Below, piece after piece: positions 61,792 through 64,000 of a stretch of DNA of 64,000 bases. This stretch comes from an uncultured SAR86 cluster bacterium. GTDB taxonomy: Bacteria > Pseudomonadota > Gammaproteobacteria > Magnimaribacterales > D2472. Every line of letters begins with the position of its first letter. Position 1 is the stretch's first letter. The notes beneath the pieces were generated by a model. The model did not search any database. It had not been told where the DNA came from and worked only from the letters and a program-made list of their open reading frames with translations. Position numbers and translations under genes: made by a program. The stretch is taken from the NCBI GenBank assembly GCA_902605165.1, contig CACLBJ010000002.1, positions 167,320 through 231,319 of the forward strand, read 5' to 3'.

Positions 61792-64000
61792 TTATTTTTC
61801 TTTTCTCTGCCAACTTCCTTCCTCAAAAAAATAATTATTGCCGGTTCTCTTCCCATCTTTTTCTGCAGACAGATAATGAATGTCTAAATTCTTATTGTAT
61901 CTAATCACCAAAGGTGACCCATCTAAGTCATTATCAGGACCGTCTATTAAGTAATGATGCTTTTCAGGAAGCTGATCCTTTACTTCATCAATAACTTTTA
62001 ATTCTGCTGACTTTATTGCTCTTGTTTCTCTATTCTTTGGGAATTGACTTGCAGCCAAGAAAAGTCCTTTTAAACTATCTCTCAGGAGAAATATATCTTC
62101 GACCTTCTCGCAAGCAATATTTGTATTTATTGGATCCATAACAATTGGTTTGGGTTCTCCATTCCTCATTAACTGTCTTGTTGCCCTACAATTATCATTT
62201 TGACAAAGGAAATACTTTCCAAATCTTCCAGTTTGTAATTGCATATCTGAACCACATTTATGGCACTCAAGGGTTGGTCCATCATATCCCCTAATTTTAA
62301 ATTGACCATCTTCTAGAAGAAATCCAGAACACTCAGGGTTATTAGCACACACATGAATTTTCCTATTTTCATCTATTAAATAATTATCCATACTCGTCCC
62401 ACATAAGTGGCACCGCTTCTTAATAAAGAGATTTGATGCCTCTTCTTGATCATCGATGCTTACGGCCTCATCACCACTTATTAGGTTCATAGTATGCTTA
62501 CATTGCTCATCACCAGATTTAAAATAGCCTGCACAACCTAAGAAAACACCATTAGCTGAATTTCTTATTAACATATTGCTCTTATTGCAAGAAGGACAAA
62601 GAATATTAGTTTCAGTTGGTTCATTTGGCTTCATGCCATCTTCAGCCGATGCTGCACTTTTGAGATCATCTTGAAATGTCTGATAAAACTTATTTAAAAC
62701 TGATTTCCATTCAAGATTCCCAGACGCTATTTCATCAAGCTCATTCTCTAGATTCGCTGTAAAATCATAATCCATAATTTCATTGAAGCTTTCAATTAGT
62801 CTGTCAGAAACAATCAAGCCAATTTTATTTACAAAGAATCTCTTATTTTCAAGCTTCACATATCCTCTAGCCTGGATTGTAGAAATTATTGCTGCATATG
62901 TTGATGGTCTTCCTATTCCTTTGCTTTCAAGTTCCTTAACAAGTGCTGCCTCAGAAAATCGAGCAGGAGGCTTTGTAAACTTTTTCTCATTCTTTACTTC
63001 TACCAATTTGAGAACTTGTCCCTGTTCGAGGCTAGGAAGATTTTCCTGATCTGACTTTTTGGCATTTGGTACAGATATTTTTGTATAGCCATCAAAAATT
63101 ACTTCTCTTCCTCTTGCACTGAAAACATAATCATCAAAAACAACTTTTGCATTTATCGATAAATATTTGGCATCAGGCATTTGGCATGCAATAAATTGCC
63201 TCCAAATTAAGTCATATAATTTAACTTCTTCTTCTGAGTGACCAGTCAACTTTTCTGACGTCAAGCTTGCACTTGTTGGTCTTATTGCCTCGTGGGCCTC
63301 TTGAGCATTTTCTTTACCTGAATAGATTCGTGGTTTATCTGTAAGATATTCATCAGCTAAAGTATCTTTAATAAATAATCTTGCATCATCAATTGAATCA
63401 TTGCTTAAACTAGGAGCATCTGTCCTCATGTAAGTGATTCTTCCAGCCTCATAAAGTTTTTGAGCAACTCGCATTGTTCTTGAAACTCCAAAACCTAACT
63501 TTGAGCTTGCAGCTTGCTGGAGGGTTGAAGTTATAAATGGTGCTCTTGGCTTGACTGATGTAGGTTTTTTAGTAACTTCAGATATTTCTAAACTTGAGCT
63601 ATTTACAAGCTCCTCTATTATCTTTGACTCATCCTCTTTAAGAAGAGGGTCACTTTTTTTTCTATTTAGCTTAAATAAAATTTCTTCATTATTAAAATCC
63701 TTTAAAGTTGCTGATACTTCCCAAAATTCCTCAGGTTGGAATTGGGAAATCAGTTTTTCTCTTTCACAAAGCAATTTTAATGCAACAGATTGAACTCTTC
63801 CTGCAGATAATCCTCTCGCAATTTTTTTCCACAATAATGGAGAGAGCTCAAATCCAACCACCCTATCGAGAAATCTCCTTGCTTGTTGAGCATTGACAAG
63901 ATCTTGGTCTATTTCTTTTGGGTCTGCAAAAGATTCTAATATCGAACTTTTTGTAATTTCATTAAATCTTACCCTGTGATACTCAAATTTATTTTTACCA
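61792..64000 (-). CDS. topA: DNA topoisomerase I, 5' end outside window
   Basis: Frame open to window edge (..RFNEITK..AQQARRFLDRVVG), SAGRVQS, ITYMRTD, AHEAIRP, GIGRPSTYA, C-terminal zinc ribbons. Confidence 0.98.
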   Translation of the reverse strand, partial: GKNKFEYHRVRFNEITKSSILESFADPKEIDQDLVNAQQARRFLDRVVGFELSPLLWKKIARGLSAGRVQSVALKLLCEREKLISQFQPEEFWEVSATLKDFNNEEILFKLNRKKSDPLLKEDESKIIEELVNSSSLEISEVTKKPTSVKPRAPFITSTLQQAASSKLGFGVSRTMRVAQKLYEAGRITYMRTDAPSLSNDSIDDARLFIKDTLADEYLTDKPRIYSGKENAQEAHEAIRPTSASLTSEKLTGHSEEEVKLYDLIWRQFIACQMPDAKYLSINAKVVFDDYVFSARGREVIFDGYTKISVPNAKKSDQENLPSLEQGQVLKLVEVKNEKKFTKPPARFSEAALVKELESKGIGRPSTYAAIISTIQARGYVKLENKRFFVNKIGLIVSDRLIESFNEIMDYDFTANLENELDEIASGNLEWKSVLNKFYQTFQDDLKSAASAEDGMKPNEPTETNILCPSCNKSNMLIRNSANGVFLGCAGYFKSGDEQCKHTMNLISGDEAVSIDDQEEASNLFIKKRCHLCGTSMDNYLIDENRKIHVCANNPECSGFLLEDGQFKIRGYDGPTLECHKCGSDMQLQTGRFGKYFLCQNDNCRATRQLMRNGEPKPIVMDPINTNIACEKVEDIFLLRDSLKGLFLAASQFPKNRETRAIKSAELKVIDEVKDQLPEKHHYLIDGPDNDLDGSPLVIRYNKNLDIHYLSAEKDGKRTGNNYFFEEGSWQRKEK

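Noticed and set aside
1..64000. CRISPR arrays, IS elements, prophage, defence systems, rRNA
   Set aside because: Intergenic gaps are all about 100 bp or shorter and contain no repeat-spacer structure; no ORF shows transposase, integrase, phage or defence motifs.

Overview
This is an AT-rich (roughly one-third GC by eye), very densely coded chromosomal segment of a streamlined gammaproteobacterium. Gene content, composition and synteny suggest the marine SAR86 clade, which is an inference. From about 19 kb to 64 kb it is a compressed gammaproteobacterial backbone: alaS-lysC-pyrC-tRNA-Ser, purL, uvrB/tRNA-Asn, ppiB-lpxH, LexA-boxed umuDC, acnB, a ~19 kb minus-strand run (5'-nucleotidase-thrH-queH-prpB-prpC-DUF4399-prpD-aroC-leuCDB-asd-fimV-truA-trpFBA-accD-dedD-cvpA-purF), lexA and partial topA. 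From 1 to 19 kb, downstream of tRNA-Ser, the region is more accessory. It holds a secreted EEP nuclease, a steroid 5-alpha-reductase-like enzyme, two lipoprotein PHB-depolymerase-type esterases plus a polytopic membrane hydrolase, and an EchA20-like crotonase. It also holds an Fe-S-less (6-4)-type photolyase coupled to a 4-Cys DUF2256 peptide missed by the ORF track, several small exported unknown proteins, and thrS/yidD/cysS/maf/folE that look alphaproteobacterial. I saw no CRISPR, IS, integrase or prophage. Main leads: (1) UmuD has Arg at the catalytic Lys; (2) the photolyase-DUF2256 pair; (3) xenologous aminoacyl-tRNA synthetases; (4) a family of exported alpha+beta-barrel proteins, with X-X-His mature N-termini on two neighbouring exported proteins; (5) recurrent leaderless-type promoters; (6) clean losses of csrA, folC and sulA from conserved loci. 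All family calls come from motif recognition, not database searches.
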